DNA of 64,000 bases from Ignisphaera aggregans DSM 17230 (GCA_000145985.1 CP002098.1:803853-867852), one strand, 5' to 3'. Counted from the first letter of the stretch, positions 30,613-40,930 are shown. The notes: generated from the letters alone by a model not told the origin. Numbers and translations are program-made.

Positions 30613-30927
30613 ATGAGAATAAGCATCTCAACTATTATTGCATCTACATTCTTTATTCTACTAGCCCTTACCATATTAGCTATACTTCATGGTTTTAACA
30701 TAGGGGTTGTAGTGGGTATAGATCTATCTATATTTTCAGCGATATTCCTAGTATATGGATCTGTTGTTAAGAGGGAGAGGATATTCTATATGTTTTGGGG
30801 ATTTCTAACACTGGTTCTAGCTATATCTATAATCATCGCATCAATCTATGAATTTATATATGGATTGATAGTATTTCTTATTGGTATAGGACTACTAATA
30901 CTCTTTATCGGTATGCATAAAAGTTAA
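30613..30927 (+). CDS. Small 3-TM membrane protein
   Basis: 104 aa, almost entirely hydrophobic helices. Confidence 0.35.
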   Translation: MRISISTIIASTFFILLALTILAILHGFNIGVVVGIDLSIFSAIFLVYGSVVKRERIFYMFWGFLTLVLAISIIIASIYEFIYGLIVFLIGIGLLILFIGMHKS

Positions 30928-30969
30928 TAACTTTGTATAGACAAATCTAGTTGTATATGGTGACAATAT

Positions 30970-31473
30970 TTGGCTAGAGAGAAAACAGTTTTGGAGAAGC
31001 TCCTTGAGCTTCTACCAGGTTTCCATGGATATAAAGCAAAGGAGTATCTGAGGGAGGATGATCAGCTTATTAGGGAGTATGTATATAGGATTATGGTTGA
31101 TAGTGTTAGAAATATAGAGAATGCTATTGCGAGAGTAGCTACATATGATTTTAGCGGTGCTGATATTCTAAATGAGTTTTTGAGGGATCTGAGATTCGTT
31201 ATGGATAAGATTAGATGGGCTGAACATGGCTATTCTCCTCACTATGATATTGTCAAGATAAGAGAGGATGATCTTGAGAAGATAAGGAAGATAGATGAAC
31301 AACTGGTTTCTATTGCCATGGATATAAAGGGTAAGAGTAGTGAGCTTCTTAATGAGGCAGAGCTTGGAAATCCTATAAGACCTAAGATAGGGGAGCTAAA
31401 AGCACTTATATCTAGGGTTAGAGATATTATCTTTGAGAGAGAGAAGCTACTTAGAGAGTGGGGTGCTAGATAA
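30970..31473 (+). CDS. Hypothetical helical protein, first gene of the SPFH/zinc-ribbon cluster
   Basis: 167 aa, charged, predicted helical. Stop overlaps the start of the SPFH gene (ATAATGG). Confidence 0.45.
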   Translation: MAREKTVLEKLLELLPGFHGYKAKEYLREDDQLIREYVYRIMVDSVRNIENAIARVATYDFSGADILNEFLRDLRFVMDKIRWAEHGYSPHYDIVKIREDDLEKIRKIDEQLVSIAMDIKGKSSELLNEAELGNPIRPKIGELKALISRVRDIIFEREKLLREWGAR

Positions 31474-32528
31474 TGGTTCTAAACAAAATAGGTAAGGGTA
31501 TAGGTACAATAGGTAGGAAGGCAACAGGATTTGAACCTATTGTCATTGAGTGGAAGGATGCATCTCCTCAGGACATAGTTTGGAGATTTCCTAATGAGGT
31601 TATTCCATGGGGATCTACGGTAATTGTTAAGGAGTGGGAGAGAGTTGTCTTCTATAGAGATGGAAAGGTATATGGTGTTCTCGATCCAGGTAGACATGTT
31701 CTAGATACACAAAATGTACCTTTTCTAAAAGGACTTGTAGAGGGTCTCTATGGAGAAAACATATTTAAGGCAATAGTCATTTTTGTCAATGTCAATAGGC
31801 TCCAGGGTAGATTCGGTGGTCAGAGTCAAACTGTTGAGCTTATCCCCATAAAATTCCATGGCAGTTACTACTATAGGGTTGTAGATCCTGCTCTATTTGT
31901 GAATAAGGTTGTTGGACCTGACAACAGGTTTACCACGGAGGAACTTGATTCATATATAAGGGGATACTTTATGTCTAGACTCATAGCATTTCTTGCACAG
32001 ACAAGTATAAGAGATGTTTATCAGAGGATTGAGGAAGCTGGGAAGAGAGCTCTATTTGTTTTGAGAAAACCTTTTGAGGAGATAGGTCTTATGCTTGAAG
32101 ATGTTGTTTTCGAGGGTCTAGAGGTACCACCTGAATATAGAGAGAGAATGTTCTGGTTATTACAAGGGACATCAGCTGCATATCTAGTTCAGCAAGAAAC
32201 TGCAAGAAAGTTTGCTGAAGCTATAGAGAAGACCCAGGCTGGGGGAGCAGCTATAGGTGCAGGTCTTGTTGCTATCCCCTATGCACTTCAGCCACCTCCA
32301 CCAACAGCACAACAACCAGTACAACAACAGCCAGGGGTTGCTGGAGGTGTTGTTGGAGCTGTAACAGGCTATGTAGCTAGATGCCCATATTGTGGAGGTA
32401 GCCCCATTCCACAGGGAGCAAAATTCTGTCCATTCTGTGGCCACCAGATAAAGTGGTGTAGAAATGGACATATAGTTCCAGTAGAAGCTAGATTCTGCCC
32501 AGTTTGTGGTGTAGCTATTGAGCAGTAA
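31473..32528 (+). CDS. SPFH (band-7/stomatin-like) domain protein with C-terminal double zinc ribbon (COG4260-like)
   Basis: SPFH-like N-terminal region (VIVKEWERVVFYRDGKVYGVLDPGRH), Gln/Pro-rich linker, and C-terminal CPYCG...CPFCG...CPVCG ribbons. Confidence 0.5.
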   Translation: MVLNKIGKGIGTIGRKATGFEPIVIEWKDASPQDIVWRFPNEVIPWGSTVIVKEWERVVFYRDGKVYGVLDPGRHVLDTQNVPFLKGLVEGLYGENIFKAIVIFVNVNRLQGRFGGQSQTVELIPIKFHGSYYYRVVDPALFVNKVVGPDNRFTTEELDSYIRGYFMSRLIAFLAQTSIRDVYQRIEEAGKRALFVLRKPFEEIGLMLEDVVFEGLEVPPEYRERMFWLLQGTSAAYLVQQETARKFAEAIEKTQAGGAAIGAGLVAIPYALQPPPPTAQQPVQQQPGVAGGVVGAVTGYVARCPYCGGSPIPQGAKFCPFCGHQIKWCRNGHIVPVEARFCPVCGVAIEQ

Positions 32529-33534
32529 TGGTTTTAGATGTAGCAACTGTGGAGCACCCCTAGAGATTTCTCCTGAGACAATAGTTGCAATATGTTCATA
32601 CTGTGGATATCCAAATTGGATTAGAGGAGATCTAAAGAGTGATATATACATAGTTAAAAGTGTTGATGAAGATGAAGCTATAAAGGTTGCAAAGAGATAC
32701 ATAGGATTATCATCTATAGATAGACCTCTAGTATTATTCATACCATTCTATATCGCTGAAGCTAGTGCTGATGCAGACTATGAAGCATTGACAAGGGTTA
32801 CTGTCCAGAGATGTACAACAGATAGCAAGGGAAGAACACACTGTACATCGAGAAGTATTAGGATTCATGTAGATGGAGTTCTTAATGGATATTACAATAG
32901 ATATCCTATTGTCGCTAGAAAGGGGGTTAGGGGTAAGACTATAGAGACACTATCTAAATACATATTATCATCGGGTATTAAAACTGTGAAACTTAGTGAA
33001 GCGAATATTGATAGAAGCAAGTCTAGATCTATACTAATGATAGATCTCTCACATGATGATACAAGAGATCTTGTGTTAGATAAACATCTGGATTCACTAC
33101 GTAAAACAGTTGAAGATAGGATAAAGAGTGAAGCTAGAGCTAGAGCATTAATCCACGGTACACCAATATCTGTGAATATACTGTGGAAGAGGATAACTCC
33201 TAGAAATATAAAGATAGATATATCGCCACCTATACTAGTTCCACTATATATCTTTACCGATGTTGGAAATAGATATAAAGCTGTTTTGACGGGGTGGGAT
33301 CTAAAGCCATTGATTATAGAGAAACCTGTTAGCCTTATATATAGAGCTCTATGGCTATCTCTAGGTGTTTTAACAGCTGGGGGTATAGGAGGTTTAGTGG
33401 GGCTTATAATACCCTTTGCAACAACTCCTATACCGCTAGCAATAGCAATATTGTTAATAGTTTTTGGGGGTATAGTCTCTTGGTATTCTGCTAAAAAGGC
33501 TCTAAGACCTGTTAGAGTAGTAGTTAAGGTGTAG
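32518..33534 (+). CDS. Zinc-ribbon protein with C-terminal TM anchor (paralog A)
   Basis: N-terminal CSNCG...CSYCG ribbon. Two C-terminal TM helices. Confidence 0.45.
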   Translation: MSSNGFRCSNCGAPLEISPETIVAICSYCGYPNWIRGDLKSDIYIVKSVDEDEAIKVAKRYIGLSSIDRPLVLFIPFYIAEASADADYEALTRVTVQRCTTDSKGRTHCTSRSIRIHVDGVLNGYYNRYPIVARKGVRGKTIETLSKYILSSGIKTVKLSEANIDRSKSRSILMIDLSHDDTRDLVLDKHLDSLRKTVEDRIKSEARARALIHGTPISVNILWKRITPRNIKIDISPPILVPLYIFTDVGNRYKAVLTGWDLKPLIIEKPVSLIYRALWLSLGVLTAGGIGGLVGLIIPFATTPIPLAIAILLIVFGGIVSWYSAKKALRPVRVVVKV

Positions 33535-33538
33535 ACTA

Positions 33539-34474
33539 GTGTCTGAGTCTATAGATATTAAATGTCCTTATTGTGGTGCTGGATATAGAGTTCCTAGAAC
33601 TGTTACATATGCTACATGTCCATACTGTGGAACAACATTTAAACTGGATAACCCTAGTGAGAAGATAGATCACTATCTATTCAAGGCTCTCATAGATGAT
33701 CAGAAGGCTTTCAACATTATAAAATCCTTTGCATCTCAGCAGGTTGGTGCGGAGAAGGATCTTATTGATAGAGCTAGTTTTGTATCCTCAAAACTCTTCT
33801 ACATACCTATATATCTATATGAGGCTAGGGTAAGAGCTCTATGTAGAGATGGTGATAAGGAGTATCATGGCGGAGAATCATATAATCAATATATTGTGAT
33901 TGCTATTGATAACCCTCCAATAGCTCTACCTACAGACTATGGCTTTCCAGCTAGAATGAGGGAATATTTCAAACCTACAATCTCTAGAAACTATATATAT
34001 CTACAACCAGTTAAAGACCCTATAGCAATATTTGAGGGGTTAAAGAGAAGAGATATTAGTGAGGCTATGAACGAGGCTAGAGAGGCATGTCCTTCATCAG
34101 ATATAAAGCTTGCTGATGAATCTAGATATATAGGATTAGCACACTATCCATTCTGGCAAATAGAGTATTCATATAAAGGAAACATATTTAGAGCAATTGT
34201 AGATGCAGCTGATGGAACTATACTATATCTAGAGTATCCACTCAATATAAAGAATGCTACTAAGGCATTGATAGGAGTTATTGCAGGCACAATCATAGCA
34301 AGTCTAATAGGTACAACAATAGCTATACAAAGCAATACAGCTTTTATAGGAGGTCTTGCAAGCTTCATAGCATTTACACCAGCACTCTATATCTCACTAT
34401 CAATGCTACTGAAAAGAAAAGCTACATATATGTATAATCCAGAGGAAGAAGCAGAATTCCTACCAACAAGATAA
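33539..34474 (+). CDS. Zinc-ribbon protein with C-terminal TM anchor (paralog B)
   Basis: N-terminal CPYCG...CPYCG ribbon and C-terminal TM helices. Same architecture as the preceding gene. Confidence 0.45.
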   Translation: MSESIDIKCPYCGAGYRVPRTVTYATCPYCGTTFKLDNPSEKIDHYLFKALIDDQKAFNIIKSFASQQVGAEKDLIDRASFVSSKLFYIPIYLYEARVRALCRDGDKEYHGGESYNQYIVIAIDNPPIALPTDYGFPARMREYFKPTISRNYIYLQPVKDPIAIFEGLKRRDISEAMNEAREACPSSDIKLADESRYIGLAHYPFWQIEYSYKGNIFRAIVDAADGTILYLEYPLNIKNATKALIGVIAGTIIASLIGTTIAIQSNTAFIGGLASFIAFTPALYISLSMLLKRKATYMYNPEEEAEFLPTR

Positions 34475-34911
34475 TATAAGAGTAGAACAACATCATTATG
34501 GTCAATACCAAATAAAGTCGATGTAGCCTCCATCTCTCTTTTCATTAGTGTTAGATAAATGTAATGTTTCATCAGTAATCATCAGAATAGATTACTAGCA
34601 TCATTTGAATTAGTTATTGTTACATATATAATGGCTATAGCTATGAAATTGCTTCTAGGGATAATAACTACTGTTAAAGGAGATATATGTTACAGCTGGT
34701 CCTTAGTACCAACTTGGATTTCCTGATAGCTATATACAAAGATGTATATGTAATGTTTATGGGATGAAGAGACATAGAAGGTGTTCAATGAATGGGCTAT
34801 GATAAATAACTTTGAGAATAAGCTAAGAAATGATAGATATATATGGGGAACTATATATAGATATCTTATTGAGTCAGCAGATATTAAATAGATTTTAAAT
34901 GTCTATTAGAT

Positions 34912-35373
34912 ATGCTGTATAGTTTTTATACCTTTTTCTATGTAGAGTTTGATATTAGTGAGAATATGGGTATTCAACTAGGTTTAACAATTGATGAAAA
35001 TATTTATGAGAAGCTTAGCATAGGTTCTAAGAAGCTGGGGGTAGATATAAACACTTTAGTTAGTAATATATTGAGGGAATGGATTGATAAGAATAGAATG
35101 CTTCTACTATCAGTTGATGAAATAGCTAAAGAATATGAAAATAGTCTATCCTCGTACTCTGAACATACACAGAAAACAAAGATTAGAATGGTTAGAAGTT
35201 TTCTTGAGTGGTGTGAGAGTAGAGGTATAAGTTTTGATAAAATAGATGTTAATACTGTTGAGTCATTTGCAAAGGAGTTAGAGAGTAGATATACATCCAA
35301 ATATGTTAATAGCTATAGAGCTACTCTTAGAGACTTTATCTACTGGTTTCAACAGAGATATGGAGTTAAGTAG
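34912..35373 (+). CDS. RHH-like plus integrase N-terminal SAM-like domain protein; no catalytic integrase domain
   Basis: Residues 19-60 look like a ribbon-helix-helix DNA-binding segment. The C-terminal half (IRMVRSFLEWCESRGISFDKIDVNTVESFAKELE...YRATLRDFIYWF) resembles the N-terminal core-binding domain of tyrosine recombinases. Confidence 0.4.
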   Translation: MLYSFYTFFYVEFDISENMGIQLGLTIDENIYEKLSIGSKKLGVDINTLVSNILREWIDKNRMLLLSVDEIAKEYENSLSSYSEHTQKTKIRMVRSFLEWCESRGISFDKIDVNTVESFAKELESRYTSKYVNSYRATLRDFIYWFQQRYGVK

Positions 35374-35467
35374 ATTCTAAATATTTTTTCAAAGGATTCA
35401 ATCTATTAGTTTTGCTATACTCTCACAAAATATAGCTATTGTACTGTTATATAGATATATTGAGACT

Positions 35468-36547
35468 ATGTCTATACATAAAGAAGAGGAGAAGATATAT
35501 ACTAATCCAAATCTAATCTATCTCATAAGAGAAAAACTTCTTAAATTCTTTAGCAATATTGCCTCCAACTGTATTGAGCCAAAGGCTATTGAGAAATGTC
35601 TTAATAGACTTAAAGATTCTAGGGATAGGATAAAGAGTAGTGGATGGCGACCTAGGAGAATAGGGGTTGTAGATGGTGGTAGTACTATAATAGCTCTTAA
35701 CTCTGGGTATATAGGTATTGCTGCAGCTATAGGCATAGTTATCGATGGTGATAGAGTTGTTGATAGAGTTGTTGCTGAACCTATTATAGTTCCTGAGGAT
35801 GTTGATAAATTATCGTTATTCCCAACACAACTAGATATTGATAGTGTTATAGATAAGCTGAGGGAGTCTCTAGTCTTTGAAACTAGTGCTAATCTTCTTG
35901 ATAAAGGTATAGATATGATTGTTATAGATGGTCCCTTAGCACCCTATTCAGCTCTTGGAAGGATAGTGGCATTTGAAGATATTGAGAGAAGTGCTTTAGA
36001 GAGATATAGAGATGCTGTTCTTAGATTCCATAAGATGTCCTATGAATATGATATAGATGTTGTTGGATTTGTTAAAAGACCTAGATCTAGATATCTTAGG
36101 AGGATGTATAGTGAATGTAGTATTGATGTCTTTGACCATGTGCTACTAGCTATGCTTCTTAGCGATGGAGAGTACTTCCCATCTATACCTAGAGAAATTA
36201 TTCCAGAGCCAGATATTATTAGAAGGCATGAGATTAGAGATATTGTTGATATTATAAAGCCTAGATTTATATATACAAGATTCTCTAGCTCTATGCCCCC
36301 ATATAGAGTTGAGTTTGGCCAACTAGAGAATGATTTTAGAGATATTCTAGGCTATCTATATTCATCTAGAACTAGGGAGGGGATACCATATATAGTTATG
36401 AAGGTTGATGAGGAGGTTAAGATGTCTAGGAAGCTTATAAGAGATCTCTATGACGATGTAAGACATGAATATATAGTTAAGTTTAGTGGAAGGGGATACA
36501 ATGCCTTAATCCCAATTCTACCAGAGTTTGGAGAATTGGGTGGTTGA
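35468..36547 (+). CDS. nurA: NurA-family 5'-3' nuclease
   Basis: N-terminal IGVVDGGS matches the NurA (I/V)DGS motif. 359 aa. 20-nt overlap with the downstream HerA gene. Confidence 0.55.
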   Translation: MSIHKEEEKIYTNPNLIYLIREKLLKFFSNIASNCIEPKAIEKCLNRLKDSRDRIKSSGWRPRRIGVVDGGSTIIALNSGYIGIAAAIGIVIDGDRVVDRVVAEPIIVPEDVDKLSLFPTQLDIDSVIDKLRESLVFETSANLLDKGIDMIVIDGPLAPYSALGRIVAFEDIERSALERYRDAVLRFHKMSYEYDIDVVGFVKRPRSRYLRRMYSECSIDVFDHVLLAMLLSDGEYFPSIPREIIPEPDIIRRHEIRDIVDIIKPRFIYTRFSSSMPPYRVEFGQLENDFRDILGYLYSSRTREGIPYIVMKVDEEVKMSRKLIRDLYDDVRHEYIVKFSGRGYNALIPILPEFGELGG

Positions 36548-38093
36548 AATGCTTAGTAGTACAATTGTTGAGAAGAGGATTGGCTATATATTTTCAGAGG
36601 ATGGGGTTTATCTACCAGATGAAATAACATTTACAGTTGAACTAGGTTCAAAGGTAGAGATAGGTGATATAGTCTGTATAGAACATCCATCGAAGGAGGG
36701 TATACCTGTATTCTACCAGGTTATAGAGGTTCCACTTAGGAGAAAGGCTAGGGATTATGAGGAGGATCTTGCTAGAGTTGGAAAGCCTTTACAGGATGAG
36801 TCTAGGAATTATCCTAGGGCTAGAGCTAGACAGATAGGATATATAGATGATTTGGAGAAGCTACTAGGTGGGGAGACATCTATAGATGATCTCCTTATGC
36901 TTATAGAGCATATAAAGCCTTTGAGCGAAGTCTATATACCTACACCAGAGGTTATAGATAAGCTACTTGCGCCCTCTGGACCAAGTATATCTCTAGGCTA
37001 TATATATCCAAGTTGGAAACATCAGCTAAAGCTAGATTTACAGAAGCTTATGAGACAGGGACTACTTATTGTTGGTGGTGTTGGGACTGGTAAGACAACG
37101 ACTATGCTTACAGTTATTATAAGGGTTATAGAGGAGGTTAAGAGGCTTGGTGGAAAGCCTCATATCGTTATCATCGATAAAGATGGTGAGTATGGTACAA
37201 AGGAGCTTATAGATGCTACAGGTATTGATGGATATGAGAGGATAGATATAGATATGGTAAAGCCTTTGGAGTATCGAGACAAGAATATGTATATAGACCA
37301 GCTGTTGTTAGCCCTAGGATTTGTTGATAAGAGAACAAAAGCTGCTAAGGCATTGACACAGACGGTTATGTCTCTAGATGAAGATATGTATATATTGACA
37401 CCAGAATTTGTAGAGAGAACAATTCTGCCGAAGATACCAAGCGATGTTAGAAGCGAGATAATGGCAAGAGTTGCACAGTGGAAGATCAGGGTCTCTAAAC
37501 CAAATACAAAATTCCATACAATTGAAACACTGCTACAGCTAGTAAAGACAAAGACTGTTGTACACATAGATCTATCGACAACTAGAAACTTTGACAATGC
37601 ATATCTAATTCTAGACAACTTGCTTAGAAGTATATACAACGAGGCTCTAGCAGATGAGGGATTTGGCTGTGTAATAGCTATAGATGAGGCACATCTATTT
37701 GCACCAGAGAGAGGAGGAATATCACTAGCATCAAATGAAGTGATAGAGAAAAACCTTAGAGACACGATACATCTAATAGCAACTACAGGTCCTAGAAATG
37801 GAGTGACACTATTCATAGCTACACAGAGGCCAAGCCTAATATCAAAAACAATAACAACACAAATGGGTCAAAACATAATTGCTCACAGAGTTGAAGACAT
37901 AGATCTAGAGAGAATAGAGGAGATAATGGGGAGTATAGCGAGAAGAGTAAGGGTATTGCCAAGGGGATGGGCATTAGTAAAATCACTTGCAGCAAAAGTT
38001 AGAGAGCCACTTATAATAAGGGTAGAAGCTATATCAAAACCTATGAGCATAGGAAAGACAGCATTTGATAGATTCATAGCCAAGAAATCTTAA
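36528..38093 (+). CDS. herA: HerA-family (FtsK/HerA superfamily) hexameric helicase/ATPase
   Basis: HAS-barrel-like N-terminus, Walker A GGVGTGKTTT, HerA-specific IIDKDGEYG motif, Walker B VIAIDEAHLFAPE. 521 aa. Confidence 0.75.
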   Translation: MENWVVEMLSSTIVEKRIGYIFSEDGVYLPDEITFTVELGSKVEIGDIVCIEHPSKEGIPVFYQVIEVPLRRKARDYEEDLARVGKPLQDESRNYPRARARQIGYIDDLEKLLGGETSIDDLLMLIEHIKPLSEVYIPTPEVIDKLLAPSGPSISLGYIYPSWKHQLKLDLQKLMRQGLLIVGGVGTGKTTTMLTVIIRVIEEVKRLGGKPHIVIIDKDGEYGTKELIDATGIDGYERIDIDMVKPLEYRDKNMYIDQLLLALGFVDKRTKAAKALTQTVMSLDEDMYILTPEFVERTILPKIPSDVRSEIMARVAQWKIRVSKPNTKFHTIETLLQLVKTKTVVHIDLSTTRNFDNAYLILDNLLRSIYNEALADEGFGCVIAIDEAHLFAPERGGISLASNEVIEKNLRDTIHLIATTGPRNGVTLFIATQRPSLISKTITTQMGQNIIAHRVEDIDLERIEEIMGSIARRVRVLPRGWALVKSLAAKVREPLIIRVEAISKPMSIGKTAFDRFIAKKS

Positions 38094-38221
38094 TTCCATG
38101 TATAAATGTGGCCAATGTTTTTGATGTGCTGATAGCTTCTTGGATCTCTATTAAGAGGTTCTAGAGTATAAAGCTTTAATTTTAATCCTTGTATCCACTT
38201 TCTAGTGTCTAGGTTGGTGTA

Positions 38222-40930
38222 ATGGGTATGTCTCAGGTTTTGTTGTGTGGTGAGATGCATTATTTTAGGATACCTAGCGGTCTATGGTTTGATAGGTTGT
38301 TGAAGCTTAAGAGAGCTGGTTTTAATTGTGTTAATATCTATTTTGCGTGGAATTATCATGAGGTTGAGCCAGGTGTTTTTGATGTTAGTGGTGAGAGGGA
38401 TTTTACTAGGTTTATAGAGATTGCTAGGGATCTTGGTCTATATGTTGTAGCTAGAGTTGGTCCATATATATGTTCTGAGTGGGATAATGGTGGTCTTCCT
38501 GATTGGCTTATTAGTAAAGATCTTGTTCCAAGGTCTCTAGACCCTTCATATTTTAGATATGCTGAGAGATGGCTAAGATTTGTATTGTCTATGTTGAGTA
38601 GATATAGTGTTAAGAGGGGTGGTAATCTTGTTGCTGTTCAATTGGAGAACGAATATTTCTGGGGAGATATACCATATCATATGAGGCTTAAGGATATTGC
38701 TAGAGAGGTTGGTATTGATGTTGATCTATATACAAATATGAATAGATATGCAAGAAATACAGATTTTATAGATTCTATAGATCTATATCCACGCCCATGG
38801 GATATAAAATCTGTTATAAATGCATTCAAAGATTTACTAGAGACACAACCTGGGAGAAATCTAAAGATTATGGAATATGAAGGTGGTTGGTTCTCTGCCA
38901 TAGGTAAGCCCCTGCCCACGGAGAGAGGAAGTTTTCCACCAAACTGGACAAAAATGCTTTTAACGCTTGCTATTGCCTATGGTGCTGACCTCATAAGCTT
39001 CTATATGTTTCATGGAGGTACAAACTTTGGTTATTGGACTGGGAGATGGATTACTACAACATATGACTATGAGGCTTCTATAAGGGAGTGGGGAGAGCTG
39101 TGGGATAGATACTATAGGGTTAAGCTCTTAGCACCAATAGCATTTCTATCAGCTGGAAGTAAAATGGTTTCAGAGGAATTTGTTGACGAAAATAGGATTA
39201 GGATAGTTAGGGAGAGTGGTGGAACAAGATTTGTGTTCTATATAAATAACTCTGATGAGCTTTGGATAGATAGAGATATAATTGTTCAGCCAAGAGATAC
39301 AAAGATTATTGTCTATAATCTTGTTGTTGGAGATATAGAGATTGTTGAATCTAATCTAAATCTATTGAATGTTATTGAAAACAATGTTATACTCTATGAT
39401 GTTCCTGGCCATAGCTATAGAGTTATTGTTAAAGGTATAGATAGTGGCGTATGTCGCAATGCTTCTCTTGATGTAGATGGAGATAGATATGTTGTTAGGG
39501 GTAGTGTTCTAGAAGATGATGTTGCTGGATGCCTAGTTGTATCTAGGGGTAAGGAGTATAGGATTCTCATAGTCCCTCAGCATATGGCTGAAAGAACATG
39601 GTTTATAGATAACAGGTTTATTGTTTCTAATACATATCTTGTTAGGGACTGGAATAGGGATAGAATAGTTGTTGAAGCTTCTAGAGGTAGAAATATCCTC
39701 TATATACCGTATAAGACAAGTGTTGGTGAATATATTGAGAGTCTTAAGATGAGTAGAATAGTATTTGATTCTGAGCCTGTAGAGCCAAAGATAGATATTT
39801 TGTCTATAGCTATAGCACCTCTATCCAAGGAACATATACTGGATATAGATAGGGTTGCTCCTCTGGAGGAGCTTGGGATATATAGACATGACTACTATAT
39901 CTATTCAACACATATTGATAGAGATAGCGATATCTATGTTAGGGCAAATGACTATATAGCTGTTATAAATAATGGAAAGATTATTGCATCAGGGTTTATA
40001 TCTATATCTACAAAGGTTGAGAGAGGTGATATAGATATAGTTGTAGAGCCTCTTGGTCATCCAAATGATGGTATAGTACCAAGTTTCACAGGTTTGCTGT
40101 CACCTATACTAGTTGAGAAGATTAGGAGTGTAGATCTAGAGGTTGTTGGCTATGGACTTGTAGATCTTGGACATAGATATAGACCAGGTATAGCTACTTC
40201 CCATAGCCATAGCTATCTAATTAATAGAGAGATAAGAGAGTTTGTCTCTAGAGCTATATGGTATAAAGAGCTACCGGAACTCAGACAGTGGACAGGTATC
40301 ATATATATAAAGTCTAGGTTTATTGGTGAAAAGAAGCCATCTGTATTGAGACTAGATATCTCTGGATATCCTTCATATGGACACATAGTTGTTCTGGTCA
40401 ATGGTATAGAGATTTATAGAGGTCTCGATAGAGAGATCTACATAGATCCGTCAATTCTTAGAGATGGTGAAAACGAGGTTATTGTTGGGCTACATCTATA
40501 TAATGTAGATGGCAAACCAGGGATAGGGCTTAGAGGTAGTGTAGCTATATATAGAGACAAGATCGAGAGATTTTCTATACATAGATTTGTTGACTCTAAA
40601 AACTATAGAGATACAAAGATCCCAATAGAGATATCGAAACCCTCTATAGTTGTTATAAGATTTGGATTAGATAGAAAGGAGAATATTGTTGCACCTATGT
40701 ATCTAGAGATAGAGGGAGAAGTCGTAGCTCAGATATATTTGAATAATAGGTTTATAGGTAGATACTATTGGGTTGGACCGCAAACAAAATTCTATCTGCC
40801 AGAGCCATACCTAGATAGAGAGAATGAGGTAAAGCTAGTTGTAGTACCAATACATGGGAAGGCTCAGATAACAAAGATAGCTATAGAGCCATATTTCAAG
40901 AACCAAATAATAGAATTGTCACTAAGATAA
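38222..40930 (+). CDS. Glycoside hydrolase family 35 beta-galactosidase
   Basis: GH35 N-terminal signature GEMHYFRIP...NCVNIYFAWNYHE...GPYICSEWDNGGLPDWL. 902 aa. Confidence 0.8.
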   Translation: MGMSQVLLCGEMHYFRIPSGLWFDRLLKLKRAGFNCVNIYFAWNYHEVEPGVFDVSGERDFTRFIEIARDLGLYVVARVGPYICSEWDNGGLPDWLISKDLVPRSLDPSYFRYAERWLRFVLSMLSRYSVKRGGNLVAVQLENEYFWGDIPYHMRLKDIAREVGIDVDLYTNMNRYARNTDFIDSIDLYPRPWDIKSVINAFKDLLETQPGRNLKIMEYEGGWFSAIGKPLPTERGSFPPNWTKMLLTLAIAYGADLISFYMFHGGTNFGYWTGRWITTTYDYEASIREWGELWDRYYRVKLLAPIAFLSAGSKMVSEEFVDENRIRIVRESGGTRFVFYINNSDELWIDRDIIVQPRDTKIIVYNLVVGDIEIVESNLNLLNVIENNVILYDVPGHSYRVIVKGIDSGVCRNASLDVDGDRYVVRGSVLEDDVAGCLVVSRGKEYRILIVPQHMAERTWFIDNRFIVSNTYLVRDWNRDRIVVEASRGRNILYIPYKTSVGEYIESLKMSRIVFDSEPVEPKIDILSIAIAPLSKEHILDIDRVAPLEELGIYRHDYYIYSTHIDRDSDIYVRANDYIAVINNGKIIASGFISISTKVERGDIDIVVEPLGHPNDGIVPSFTGLLSPILVEKIRSVDLEVVGYGLVDLGHRYRPGIATSHSHSYLINREIREFVSRAIWYKELPELRQWTGIIYIKSRFIGEKKPSVLRLDISGYPSYGHIVVLVNGIEIYRGLDREIYIDPSILRDGENEVIVGLHLYNVDGKPGIGLRGSVAIYRDKIERFSIHRFVDSKNYRDTKIPIEISKPSIVVIRFGLDRKENIVAPMYLEIEGEVVAQIYLNNRFIGRYYWVGPQTKFYLPEPYLDRENEVKLVVVPIHGKAQITKIAIEPYFKNQIIELSLR

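Noticed and set aside
30371-30631. 86-aa minus-strand ORF between the phosphoesterase and small membrane protein genes
   Set aside because: It has no motifs and lies in an AT-rich promoter region. Its start overlaps the 30613 plus-strand gene. It is probably a chance ORF.
34475-34911. 440-bp AT-rich gap upstream of the RHH/integrase-N-like gene, considered as a possible att site or insertion scar
   Set aside because: I could not identify direct or inverted repeats by eye. It is retained only as context for the NurA-HerA finding.
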